Assembly: GCA_002269645.1 (NCBI GenBank)
Contig: NIVC01002637.1
Location: 13,804-77,803, forward strand
DNA from: Macrostomum lignano
Lineage: Eukaryota
Direction: 5' to 3'
Length of the DNA: 64,000 nt
Numbering within the stretch: position 1 is the first letter of the stretch; each line of letters starts with the position of its first letter. Shown one piece after another: positions 26,109-38,598 of the stretch. The notes beneath the pieces are model-generated. The model had not been told where the DNA came from and searched no databases. It saw nothing but the letters and a program-made list of their open reading frames with translations. A program made the position numbers and the translations under genes.

Positions 26109-26896
26109 ACTATGTAAAGTCCCACTATAGACCATAGTAGTCCACTAGCAATCTGCGCTCCCTCCCAATGTGGAAGCAACAAGGAAATGAATAAAATAGT
26201 TTAAATAGCTTCTGACCTTGTACAGTCACTATTGTTCTTTCTTAAGGAAAATAATATCTAGATATCCACAACTCATTTTTAGTATAGCGGACTTCTTGTA
26301 CTTCTTAATGGCTACTATGCATGAATTATATATTCTTCTTCTGGAGGCATGAATTAAAATTGAAGTCGGTCGGTCCCTAATTGTCCCTTTCAATTGTTTA
26401 CTTTTCTTTTTAACTTTATGGGAGTTACCATATATTAATAATGACAATCGACAAAAAGCAAAAGCAAGTATTAAATGACGGGCAAAGGTAAAGATTACAC
26501 CCTGTGAAATTCAAACACTGTCTAGCCAGTGCCTGTCGGAAATTCTAAACAATTTGAATAGTAGGAGAGAAGCAAGTTATGAAATCGCATTATTGTATTA
26601 AAGCAGAGAAAACAAGACGTCAGTGTTTAACAGACGCAGTCTATCTTGCAACAGTGCAGATGAAAAAGCCGCGCAATGTACAAGTGTACACTGTAGCATT
26701 GTGCACATAGCTGCAGTAATTCTCGCTTTCGTCTCACACCCAGCCTTGCTGGCTGTGCAGCAATACGTGCATGCCACTACGCAAGGCTCTGCGACTCTCG
26801 CTTCGGCTGTTTCCAGTGCCTACTTGACCAGGCGCCGAAGCCCCAAACTGACACAAGAAAGTGCGCAAGCAAAGCTAGCCAGCCTCGCAACTAAAG

Positions 26897-29800
26897 ATGG
26901 AGGAGACAGCGCAGAAGCTTGACCGTGCCGACTATGAAGTGCGCTTTCAGTCCTCCAGACGCGATCTGGTGGCGGCGCTGCGGTATCGCGAGTCCCGGTT
27001 TGTCCGCCTCGCTGAGTATCTTGGCGAGCTCAGGCGACTGATGTGTGACTTGAAAATCGAATGCGAAGCGACCGATGAAGACACGAAGCTGGACGAGCTG
27101 GACGAGCTGGACGAGATCTTGCAGAGCCAGCTCACTCTGTCCTTGATCGTGTTCGGCCGCAGCAACACGGGCAAGTCGACACTGCTAAACCAGCTGCTGC
27201 GGGATTGGCAGGAATCTCCGGCAAGCAGCCGAATAACCGGTCTGTTTCCCACCGCTGAGCACACCTGCACCGCCAGACTCACCTGCACTAGCCACGGACC
27301 GAGCAGGACAGTGTCAATTCAGGACGTAATAACTAGTCAGGCGATCGTTGATACGACAGCCTTCGAGGATAGCAGGGAGTTACGAGAGTACATCGACCTT
27401 AAAGGGAACGAGCGGGAGGATCGAAACACTGCGATGCTGGTGAAGGTGTCGTTGCCCAATGAACTACTTCGATACAACCTTCAGCTGGTGGACAGTCCCG
27501 GCATGGGCGAGAATGCTCAAATGAATGAGACCGTTCGAAATTTTTTGAACGGGGCCAAGTCGGCCATAGTCGTGTACACTGTTAATGGCACGGAAGGATA
27601 CAAGCCAGAGCCTGTAAGTTTGTGATGCCTAGAAGGTACATTTTCGAATGCCTGTGTAAGAAAGTTAATCTCAGTTATAAAATGTGAAGTAGGCGGCTCC
27701 TATACGAGCGAATTGCATTCTAAATTGATTAATTGACAGTTGAAAGTTGCAGACTTTAGATAGGTTCTTTCTAGCATTATCAACAAGTGTATCAACATTT
27801 AAAAACTTGCAGGACACTGAGAACATCCGGTTCTTGATGGAGGAGCACAGCAGTATGCAAAAAGTGTTCGTTGCCAACCGGATTGATTGCTGCATAAAAA
27901 GTTACTACAAAAACTTGTGCGAGGAAGTTCAATGCGAGGACTCTAGCGACGAGGAGGAGGTAGTTAAAAGCCTGGAGAATGATATTGAAGGATTTCAGTA
28001 CTCGGCGCACTGCCAAGAGCACATGCTGAAGCGCATGGGAAGCGTCATGGAGTCATTCAGCCAGTACCATCCAGGTTGCATCACCCCCGGCAGCGAAACC
28101 GCTCTGCTCGGCGTGTCGGCCAAGTCAGTGGAGAATTTTTTATCGAACAATTGGCCCGTGCCGCACCCGCCATACCTGGACTCATTCCTGGAACTAGAGG
28201 CTCGAATTGCTGCGCTGGTTTACGCCAACGCTCGGCAGAAGCTTACAGATGCGATGGCCATTATGAAGCGTCTATTGATGCTGGCCTCCGTTCACCTGCT
28301 AGCCTTCAAGTTGTCCTCCGTTGTGACCTCCAGCCTTACCGAGATGCCAATGGAGCTGATGTCCCGGGCGCTCCGCGTAATTAAAGACACCTACGAAAGA
28401 ATCAGCAAGGCTCTGCTGTTAGTGGCAGCGGAGGACTCGCTGCTGGACCTGAGCGACCCCGAGAGTGAGCTGAACGTCCTAAAGAACCAATTTGCTCGCG
28501 ACGGTGCCAAAATGCAGGCCGCCGCTGACGTAAGCCTTGTGATGCGCCAAGCTGAGGCCAAGCTCATTGCTAGTCTGACTCAAGGCAAAAACAGAGAATT
28601 TCAAGCAGCCGTCAGACTGCTATGCAGCTTCAAGGATATCTTAGTTAGCCACCTGAAAGCTGAGCTTCGATCCAAATATAAAGAGGTCCTTGCTAGGTCA
28701 GTATTGTCGCACACAGCTCACAGTGTCATGGAAGGCTTGTGCAGCTCCGCGGAAGAGTTTCATAATGATCTGGCAATAATAAAATGCACCTTTGAGCCAA
28801 ATGATACCGAGTTCGGTGACCTTTGTGCAAGCCATCTAGTCGATGGCATGCGCCAGGCCCTGCCCAGACTTGTCCGCACAGCTGAGTTCGCCCAGCTAGT
28901 GGCCTCCAAATCTCCGGACAAGCGAACCCGACAGCTCGACTACTTCCTGGCCGGCATTGACCTTCGAAAGCTGACTGGCGAAGCCATCGAACTCTACTGC
29001 GCCCAGCTGTGCCAGAAGAAGACGGACATCGAGGATCGGCTGACCGTTCAGCTCGACGAGTTGCGGCAGAGAAGTTTCGACAGTGTCGAAAAGAAACTGC
29101 GCCTGAAGCCGCTGAAGCGGGATCTGACAGTTCTGCTCTTCAAGCTCACTGGGATGGATACGGAGCTGCGCTGGAATGCTTCCAATGTCACTCGCGAATG
29201 TGAGTATGGCCAACCCTGGTGGGAGATCTTAGAAGTCTGAAATTTAGCTCAAATACACGTATATTTCTATTATATGTAGAACGGTTGCTGAGAAATGGAA
29301 ACTCATCACTCAAAACTCGATCATAAAAATAAGGTCTAATAAATGCAAGTATGATAGCCTCGGTTTAGTGTGCTGTCAATAGCTCGTAATAATAATAATT
29401 GATTACACCTGCCCCAATTGAGCCAGATGTGCAACCGACAGCTCAGCCGCATCATCTGAAGGCTGCGTACGGCTGTTCAGTGCATGGACTGGGGGGGGAG
29501 GGGGTCGCCACACACCCTCAATTACCCCAGCTAATGCTGGCACCCATTTTACAGCTGGGTGAACTGAAGCAATGCAGAGTTAAGTGTCTTGCTCAAGGAC
29601 ACAAATTGTTCCAGTCGACCTTCAAGTCGTGAGTCCGACTAGGCTATAACCCTTACGAATCTGTCAAGGATCTGGTCAAAGGTTTGGCGATGATTTCCAT
29701 GTACATGTAGATTAGGATTTAGGGTCAGGTCTAGTAGACAATTTGTTGGAGTTAAATTACGGCAGTATGTTGACGTGAACTCATCTATGTTGTTAAGTCG

Positions 29801-32617
29801 CTTCAATCATTTTGAAATTTTTTATTCATAAATTCACTGCTATCTTACAGGCGAGCAGGTACGGCAGTGCCAGCAGGAAGTCTCCAATCTCCGCTGTCCC
29901 CAGCTTGGCAGTCGAAGACGCTGCATCCTGAGACCGCGGATCAGTGGAGGCCGAGCTGCGGACCTGCTCTGCCGCTGTCTCCACCTGCCCGCCGACTGTC
30001 TGAAGCGGATGGCGAGCAGCGCGATGCGGCTGAGGTGAGTAAGGCGGATGAAGGTTGCCTAGCACAGGTTGTGGGGCTCTATAGGGATAACTTGTCTGTG
30101 CCTTAAGTTATAATGCTATGCGTGTAAATAAGCTCAAGATCCTTCAATGCCTACTTCAGCAGTAGTTTATACCATTTTTACCTTATTCGTTACGCATACT
30201 TTTATACTACCTAAATACCGTAGTAGTCAAAGTAGCGCATTTCTAAAAACAACGTCAAACGTCAACGTCAAATAGACTGCAGAAAAGTATTTTTTTGGCC
30301 TGGCCCAAAAAACACCAACCAAATACGTTTGTTTATTCTTGGGCCGGGCCCACGTGGGGAATAAATACGTTTCTGTAGTCTATTGCCGGGCCCAAGTGGG
30401 GAATAAATACGTTTCTGTAGTCTATGGCTAGGCCAAAGTGGGGAATAAATACGTTTCTGTAGTCTATGGCTGGGCCAAAGTGGGGAATAAATACGTTTCT
30501 GTAGTCTATGGCCGGGCCCAAGTGGGGAATAAATACGTTTCTGTAGTCTATGGCCGGGCCCAAGTGGGGAATAAATACGTTTCTGTAGTCTATGGCTGGG
30601 CCCAAGTGGGGAATAAATACGTTTCTGTAGTCTATGGCTAGGCCAAAGTGGGGAATAAATACGTTTCTGTAGTCTATGGCTGGGCCAAAGTGGGGAATAA
30701 ATACGTTTCTGTAGTCTATGGCTGGGCCAAAGTGGGGAATAAATACGTTTTCTGTATTCTATTGCCAAGTGGGGAATAGGTTAGCAAAACGTTGGATGCA
30801 TAAGCCATTGACTCGATCTTCTCTCTGAAAGAATTCGTACGAATATGCGATATCATGCTGAAAAAGTTGCACCTCTTACAACTATATTGTCAGATCAAAG
30901 TTGCCCAGCTCAGTGCAGTTTGCCTGGTTCTTTCTTGACGAGCCCGACTGTGACAGCGGCACTACGGAAACAGCGGCTACAGACAAGGCTGACGACGTTC
31001 AACTGCTGCTAGGAGTGCTCACTAACGAAGCCAGTTGCAGGTTTCTATCAGAACTGCATCCGCATTCCATTACAGATGTTGATAGGCTTGTCTGGATGCG
31101 CAGTCTGCTGATGTGCCAGGCGAACTTTGCCTCTGCCGAGTTGCACTATCGGCCAATGGACTACAGGCCCTCAAATGTGCTGGTGAGGCTCCAATCTCTT
31201 CCTAGCTGGGATTCTGATTGTTATCGTGAACTTGAGTGCTGTTTCTTAATCAATGAGCTTTAGTTCCTGTCTGGTTATTCAATGAGCTTCAGTTCCTGTC
31301 CGGTCATTCAATGAGCTTCAGTTCCTGTCCGGTCATCAATGAGCTTCACTTCCTGTCCGGTCATTCAATGAGCTTCTGTTCCCGTCCGCTCATTCAGTGA
31401 GCTCCAGTTCCTGTCCGGTCATTCAATGAGCTTCACTTCCTGTCCGGTCATTCAATGAGCTTCTGTTCCCGTCCGCTCATTCAGTGAGCTTCAGTTCCTG
31501 TCCGGTCATTCAATGAGCTTCACTTCCTTTCCAGTCATTTAATGAGCTCCAGTTCCCGTCCAGTCATTTAATGAGCTTCAGTTCCTATCCAGTCATTTAA
31601 TGAGCTTCAGTTCCTATCCAGTCATTTAATGAGCTTCAGTTCCTATCCAGTCATTTAATGAGCTCCAGTTCCCGTCTAGTCATTTAATGAGCTTCAGTTC
31701 CTATCCAGTCATTTAATGAGCTCCAGTTCCCGTCCAGTCATTTAATGAGCTCCAGTTCCCGTCCAGTCATTTAATGAGCTTCAGTTCCTATCCAGTCATT
31801 TAATGAGCTTCAGTTCCTATCCAGTCATTTAATGAGCTTCAGTTCCTATCCAGTCATTTAATGAGCTCCAGTTCCCGTCTAGTCATTTAATGAGCTTCAG
31901 TTCCTATCCAGTCATTTAATGAGCTTCAGTTCCTATCCAGTCATTTAATGAGCTTCAGTTCCTATCCAGTCATTTAATGAGCTTCAGTTCCTATCCAGTG
32001 ATTTAATGAGCTTCAGTTCCTATCCAGTCATTTAATGAGCTTCAGTTCCTATCCAGTCATTTAATGAGCTCCAGTTCCCGTCCAGTCATTTAATGAGCTT
32101 CAGTTCCTGTCCAGTCATTAAAGAAAATCTAAAATGAAGCTTAAAAATCTTTCCATCAATGACCGGACAGGAACTGAAGCTTTTTGAACGAATGACTGTA
32201 TTCTCAAATGTGCCTCAAACAAATGCTCAGATAGTTGATATGACGAGCGACCCAGCGGGAGGCGGCGACGGCGCCGGCAGCGGAGCCATGCCGGACCCGA
32301 CCCACTTGCTGGCCGAGGCGGGCCAGGCGGCCGAGTCAGCCTCGCTGGCGGCCTGCATCGTGACTCTATTTGGTTACACTAGCAACACGGCTGAGCACAG
32401 TCCAGCTGGCTGGAATGAGCACTATGAGGCCCAGCTGCAGCGAGCGGTGAGCAATCCGGAGACTTTCCTGACCTACCTGCCCAGCTGCTTGGGCGGACGC
32501 CAGAATCGCAGCCTCATCAGCTGCGTGTCCGACTGCGTCTCAGCTTGTTTGGCCGGTTTGGATTCAGCGAAGGTCGAGGCGCTATCGAAGAGTGTGCAAC
32601 GGCTGCTACCCGTTTGA
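26897..32617 (+). CDS. DSTYK: DSTYK-like protein: dynamin-family GTPase, helical region and degenerate protein-kinase-like domain, ~1007 aa
   Basis: Exons 26897-27613, 27813-29199, 29851-30034, 30894-31182 and 32171-32617 join in frame (3024 nt). G1 GRSNTGKST, G3 DSPG, G4 NRID. Kinase-like MDYRPSNVL and QIVDMT. Orthology to DSTYK is inferred from architecture only. Confidence 0.65.
29388..29652 (-). mobile_element. CORE-type tRNA SINE family A, copy with deletion in head
   Basis: CORE-like GTGTCCTTGAGCAAGACACTTAACTCTGCATTGCTTCAGTTCACCCAGCTGTAAAATGGG on the minus strand, (TTA)n tail. Matches 34455-34732. Confidence 0.8.
30340..30775. repeat. 42-bp minisatellite in DSTYK-like intron
   Basis: Unit GGCCGGGCCCAAGTGGGGAATAAATACGTTTCTGTAGTCTAT, about 10 copies. 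Confidence 0.95.
31250..32120. repeat. 29-bp minisatellite in DSTYK-like intron
   Basis: Unit TGAGCTTCAGTTCCTATCCAGTCATTTAA, about 30 copies. Confidence 0.95.
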
Positions 32618-33213
32618 ATGACTTACTAAGGCTTTCTGGATGCTCTGATACCCCGTCGTTACCACTAGAAACCGTTGGAAAATAGTTGTATTGTTCTTGT
32701 GTTCTTGTAAAAGTATTTTTTATTTAACGTAGATTTTTAAGCCAAATCAATCCGCCGGAGCAAGAACCAAAAGAATTAGCTTGAGATTACTCAAATAGCT
32801 AGCTAGCTAGAATAGGTAGAAGCACGCCTGAGCCACAGCAAGGCGGCCAGGTGTCAACGTCCCTACCGAGACTGCCTCTTGGATTATCCCATTTACATGT
32901 AGCACGTAGCACCCTCGTAGCACTTAACACTACTAACCACGTCCAAATTAGCTTAACTTTCAAGTCTAAGAAAGCCATCGCCATCGCCAGCATTCTCTTC
33001 TTATCTTTGATATGATAAGTATAGCAGCTTCAGCTCTAACAGGGTTCATTATACCTTACTTTTTATATCCGTCTGACATTTTTACGAATTATCATTCATT
33101 GCAGTTGTTCCTCCAGTACGGGGTGCCAAGATTATGCGAGCGCGAAGATGGCTCTGCCGCTGGAACAGGGATGGGTGCTCCAAGAGTCAGTGCTCGGGCC
33201 ACCTTCAGTGGGA

Positions 33214-33560
33214 GGGCCGTAGCCCAGTGGTCTGCCGCGGCGCTCTGATGTGCCAGCGGCCCAGGCTCGATTCCAAGTGCAGTCACATTAATTTGGGGCT
33301 AAATTGGAATCGCGGCTTGGCTCTGCTCGTGCAATCAACGCCCTCGAGGGCCAACCCCAAGGCACAGTGAAGTGTACATGCCTAGCGATAAATAAAGTTA
33401 GGGCCGCTGTACACTCCTGTGTGAGTGTGTGCCTGTGCGTATGACTGCGTACGTATCCGCGCGCTTGTGTGCCTGCTCAGGGGAAGTCGGCGAAATGGGC
33501 AGCAATGCCTCTCGCCGGTTGTGTGACAATGTCGCTTAAAGTGCGCCAGGGCGCACACAG
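33214..33560 (+). mobile_element. tRNA-derived SINE family B, copy 2
   Basis: A box TAGCCCAGTGG, B box GGCTCGATTCC. Body shared with 25752-26108. Confidence 0.8.
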
Positions 33561-34454
33561 TCCCCTGCCTCCAACTAAAAGATCACAGCCTTCAGTGGAG
33601 CTATAAGGGGCACCTCTCTGCAAAGGCTCACTATCATTTGCATGGCTTGGCTCCGCCAATCCAGCTTAGGGAACCCGCAGCCTCAGCGAGACACAGGTGC
33701 AAATCTACCCATCACGGAAGGGTGGACTGTGTGCCTGTACGTGCTCAAGGGTCAGCGGAACGGGCATGGTGGGGCTGTCGCCAGAGCGAATGCAAGGTCG
33801 CTATGAAAGACTGGCTTTGCTAACAGTTATAGCATCTGCGCAGTTGAGCCAGGGGCTGTGCGCTCAATGTTTTATGACCCGCAAGCAATCACGAGAGAAA
33901 CTGCGCCATCTCCTCTCCTACACGAGAGCAAACAGCTCAGAAGAGGCCAACTCTCTATTAATTCTATTGGCAGACTCAGTATAGAGTTCGGTGCTTGCCG
34001 TCAAGTGAGAGTTTTTTTGGTGAGCTTTTTCTTTTCAGTTAAGCTTTCTAGCGTCTTGCATTTCATTTCAATTAAAAGTTTTCAACACAAAGTTCTCAAC
34101 TGCTAGCAGTCCGGCTCCACTTCATCAACGCTCATTGAGAATAATTCAGAAGCTGTGACCCTATAGGCATCTTCAGTCTCTCTCTTCATCGACGTTAATT
34201 GTCTTTGAACAAGAGAGGCTGGCAGGGCCGTGAGACTGCAAGGGCTAGGATGGAGCTGCTGGGGAATGGGCAGTGTTTGCCAACGCAGCGGGGGGGGGCT
34301 TAGCTGGGGTTGGACTGTTTACTACAGAACCGTCTCTATCCCAGTTTTCAGGCCTGCGACTACCAAGGAGGCCGGGAGTGTTAGTCTGGAATACAGAATT
34401 TACTGAAGTATCGCAGCTTTCTATTTGGTCTCACATTAAGACTGGTGATTGATA

Positions 34455-34732
34455 AAAAAATAATTGATTACACCTGCCTTAATGGGCAGATGTGCAACCG
34501 ACCGCATCTGAAGGCTGCGTACGGCTGTTCAGTCTCAAGACTGATGGGTCGCCACACACACACCCTCAATTACCCCAGCTAATGCTGGCACCCATTTTAC
34601 AGCTGGGTGAACTGAAGCAATGCAGAGTTAAGTATCTTGCTTAAGGAAACAAATTGTTCCAGTGGGATCGGGAATCGAACCCCCGACCTTCAAGTCGTGA
34701 GTCTGACGCCCTAACCACTGGGCTGGAACCCC
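34455..34732 (-). mobile_element. CORE-type tRNA SINE family A, near full length
   Basis: A box CAGCCCAGTGG, B box GGTTCGATTCCC, then a MIR-CORE-like segment ending CTGTAAAATGGG. Confidence 0.85.
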
Positions 34733-35355
34733 TATAAGACAGAATGAATTCTCTCTGTAGTTCTCACAGGATATAGAGCCTATTAAAGACAGCACAACCT
34801 TTGAAATTTGACGTCTATCTCAGGATGGCATTTTTGCGAAAATTTTGTCTAAAAAGAGCTCATAATATTTAACTTGAAATTATTGATTATTCAACTTTAA
34901 AATCACACCAAGTTTATAGAACTCGGTTCGACCAAACAGAAGTTATGATAACTTCGGTAACAGATGACGCAGCAGCTCCACTATACGAGTAGAACAATCC
35001 AGATTCTTCGTTTATCGCGGTCTCCATGGTTCTGATCTCCGTCTCTAGTCGCCTCCACCTGATTTTTCTAAACGCTCTGACCACGCACACACACAAACAC
35101 ACGCACACAATGGGCGGCCTTGAGTGGAGGCTGGGCAGGAAGGGAAGAGAAGATGGCAGGACGAACCAGATTGAACCGGTTCCATATGCTGAGACCGCGC
35201 GGTTAACCAACGATAGGCCGATAAGGCCGGCAGAAGGAGGGAATGGAGTAGAGAAAATGGAGCACACAAAAAGCTCGCACGCTGGGTCTGCCCGCCCTGA
35301 TTAAAAAGAACGCCAAACTCCAAGTGTAACGGTCAGCTGTCCTGTCCAGGTGAGC

Positions 35356-35892
35356 ATGACAACCAGCCTGAGGATGAGGCGCGCAGTCTCAGCTGACCGA
35401 TTGAACTCCAGAAAGTCGGAGTCACTTTCCGACGAGCTGGACGGAGGCGGCATGAATTTCGCCTGCAGTTTGGCCGGCTTTCCCTACTGCTGCACTAAGC
35501 ACTACTATGAGTACAGGCGCTGGCCCTACTACCTGGAGCCGCCGCCAGCTGCTGCCTACCCGACCTACCGGACCAGCCGCTACTACCTGGACTGGAGCCG
35601 CTACCCGAACGGCTACCCGTTCAGCAGCTACTACTACAACTACTACTACGGCGACTACAGGCGCTACAGGCCCTGGTACAGCGGCTACTACAGCTACAAC
35701 GATTATTACGGCGATTATCTGCGCGGCTACGCCGAGGGGATGCGCAAATACGGCGACGGCGAGTTGGCGACAAAACGACTACTGCGGAGTCGGCGAGCTT
35801 CGGCCGCCGCGACTGCCGCGGTTGACGAACTGCTGGCTGAAGGCGCTAGGACCAGCTGTTACTACCGACCGTACACCAGCCGCTACCTGTGA
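35356..35892 (+). CDS. Tyr/Arg-rich orphan protein, 178 aa
   Basis: Single GC-rich ORF with strong TAC codon bias. 33 Tyr by my count (~18%). Acceptor-like CCTGTCCAG 6 nt before the ATG. Confidence 0.7.
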   Translation: MTTSLRMRRAVSADRLNSRKSESLSDELDGGGMNFACSLAGFPYCCTKHYYEYRRWPYYLEPPPAAAYPTYRTSRYYLDWSRYPNGYPFSSYYYNYYYGDYRRYRPWYSGYYSYNDYYGDYLRGYAEGMRKYGDGELATKRLLRSRRASAAATAAVDELLAEGARTSCYYRPYTSRYL

Positions 35893-36034
35893 TAGGACTG
35901 TCAATCAATATCTATACTCGAATGGGCGAATAACTTCCACTATGAAATACTCGTAAAAATCTGTAGGTTCCCGTATCGCATGATTCGCTTTGATCCACAA
36001 ATTATTCCGGCTAACAGATAGTGGGATACATCAT

Positions 36035-36210
36035 TTGATTATCCCGTCGGGGATTATTTAAATATCCCATAATTATCCCATCGGGGATTGTTTAAATATC
36101 CCATGATTATCCCATCGGGGATTTTCTAACATCCCATGGTTATCCCATCGGGAATTGTTTAAATATCCCATGATTATTCCGTCGGGGATTGTTCAAATAT
36201 CCCATGATGA
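36035..36210. repeat. ~34-bp imperfect repeats with internal ATCCC..GGGAT palindromes
   Basis: About 4-5 units of ATCCCATGATTATCCCATCGGGGATTGTTTAAAT. Confidence 0.7.
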
Positions 36211-37164
36211 TCAAATCTATCAGGTGAGCCGAAAAAACCCCAAATTTATCTGATCGGGCATCGGTAAAGTCGAGTTTTCACCCCACAGTTCCGAAATTAT
36301 ATACATGTACTTTTAGTTAAGCCTATTATACAGACAGTCCGCCAGGTAGACAGAACAACTGACATAATGTATATTGAGAAGGTCAGGCAACCTTGTTTCA
36401 ATTCACCCCAATTTCGATTGCTATTCCGAGTCGAAACACATTTTACGTACTGCAAGTAGCCATTAATGGATATTCATATATTGTAGCCATGCATATTTTT
36501 TATGAGGTAGCTCGTATTGATTCAGCAAAGTGTTTTACCAACACAAACGGCCATTTAGAGGCAAATATTCACGCAGTTTAGCACTTTCTATTTTTGTAGC
36601 ACTAGTTAATTTGCAGAAAGTTATCTGTATTAAACTACTTGTAGCAGTAATTAAGCGCGGCTAACTATTTGTTTATTATTTAATTCTCAACAACTGCGAT
36701 AAATATATAGTGTAGCGGCGCCCTTGGAGTCTCTGATCAACGCCGTTAAAGCACGTGTATTAGGGACATTGTACCATAGATACCTAAGCTACACTTTTTG
36801 AATGAGGGTGGGGTGTGGCGGCGAATTCCCCACTTGAGGCCATAGACTATGTTTTCTATAAAGAAACTGTGGGCGGTTTGCGGGCGGTTAATAGAGTTTT
36901 GGCCATAGACAGCTATAGTTGCATCAACTGCTTTTCTCTGCCGCTCGTTAATGGGTCTGTGGCTATTAACAGACACAGGTATTCCCCCCACGCAGAAAGC
37001 CATGGTACAAGCCATATGTGCTACACAAGTATATCCAATCGAATTGCAAGCGTTGACCCCCCCCCCCCCGAAGAATTGTATACGTAATTATATGTAATTA
37101 TTTCCCCATTGGATATACTTTGTGACTGCCTCAGTGACACCTCAGATTCATGTTAACTGCCCAT

Positions 37165-37292
37165 CACCGATGTGACCCATCCAAGACCGATGTGACCCAC
37201 CCAAGACCGATGTGACCCACCCAAGACCGATGTGACCCACCCAAGACCGATGTGACCCATCCAAGACCGATGTGACCCACCCAAGACCAATG
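37165..37292. repeat. 20-bp minisatellite
   Basis: CCGATGTGACCCACCCAAGA, about 6 copies. Confidence 0.95.
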
Positions 37293-37689
37293 TAGCCAGC
37301 TCATAAAAAAGAGAAAATAACCTTACGCTCGTACTTAACATTCCTCATTAAAGGAATTTTTTAACCGTTTCCACGGATAATTAAACGGCTGTGTGTCATA
37401 AGACGCTTGGTATTATACTTAAGTAGCAGCAAGCGATGCGAAATCGCAAACAATTATTACACACCTCTTTCGAAGTTGAGCAGTTCAGTGTAACTAAGGA
37501 ACTATTCCTTGCATTATCACAGTGGTGTTGCTCTGAAACCATAGATTTTCAATAAAATTGTTTCAAATTCCAAACTCTGTACAAGGATAACCAAAATTTA
37601 ACATAGTGAAAACGACAGAGGGTTGATAAAGTTATTGAACTTATTGTACCATTATACACAACAAACTTGTAGAGCCTGTCGGGTGTGCA

Positions 37690-38320
37690 GGGAGGGTGAG
37701 GCACTCTGCCAGAAGGACCTGGTGGGGAGGATGAGGCATCCTACAAAAGGACCTGAAGGGAGGATGAGGCACTCTGCCAGAAGGACCTGGAGGGAGGATG
37801 AGGCATCCTACAAAAGGACCTGAAGGGAGGATGAGGCACTCTGCCAGAAGGACCTGGAGGGAGGATGAGGCATCCTACAAAAGGACCTGAAGGGAGGATG
37901 AGGCACTCTGCCAGAAGGACCTGGAGGGAGGATGAGGCATCCTACCAGAAGGACCTGGAGGGAGGATGAGGCATCCTACCAGAAGGACCTGGAGGGAGGG
38001 TGAGGCATCCTACCAGAAGGACCTGGAGGGAGGGTGAGGCATCCTACCAGAAGGACCTGGAGGGAGGGTGAGGCATCCTACCAGAAGGACCTGGAGGGAG
38101 GGTGAGGCATCCTACCAGAAGGACCTGGAGGGAGGGTGAGGCATCCTACCAGAAGGACCTGGAGGGAGGGTGAGGCATCCTACCAGAAGGACCTGGAGGG
38201 AGGGTGAGGCATCCTACCAGAAGGACCTGGAGGGAGGGTGAGGCATCCTACCAGAAGGACCTGGAGGGAGGGTGAGGCATCCTACCAGAAGGACCTGGAG
38301 GGAGGGTGAGGCATCCTAGT
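37690..38320. repeat. 34-bp minisatellite
   Basis: TGAGGCATCCTACCAGAAGGACCTGGAGGGAGGG, about 18 copies. Confidence 0.95.
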
Positions 38321-38598
38321 TAAGGACCTGCAAGCTACCCAGAGCACCAGCACAGCCAGCTCTCATCAATGAACCCATGGGCATGGAAGCCAATACTCTA
38401 GTAACAACTAAAACTACAGTCGCACGCAGCGCGCTAACCACCAGCTACACCAGGGTTCTGACGGCGCCTCTGCCGACGCTGCCAATAGCGCTGAATGACT
38501 TCCGGACCTCGCCAGCTGGGTTGCCAAGGCGGTCGGGTCCGCCACCGAATCGCAGGAACAGCTGCATCCGAGGGCGCTGATGCTGCTGCTGCTGTCCA

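Noticed and set aside
33214-33290. tRNA gene (also 34660-34732)
   Set aside because: Cloverleaf is incomplete and continues into a repeated body; these are SINE heads.
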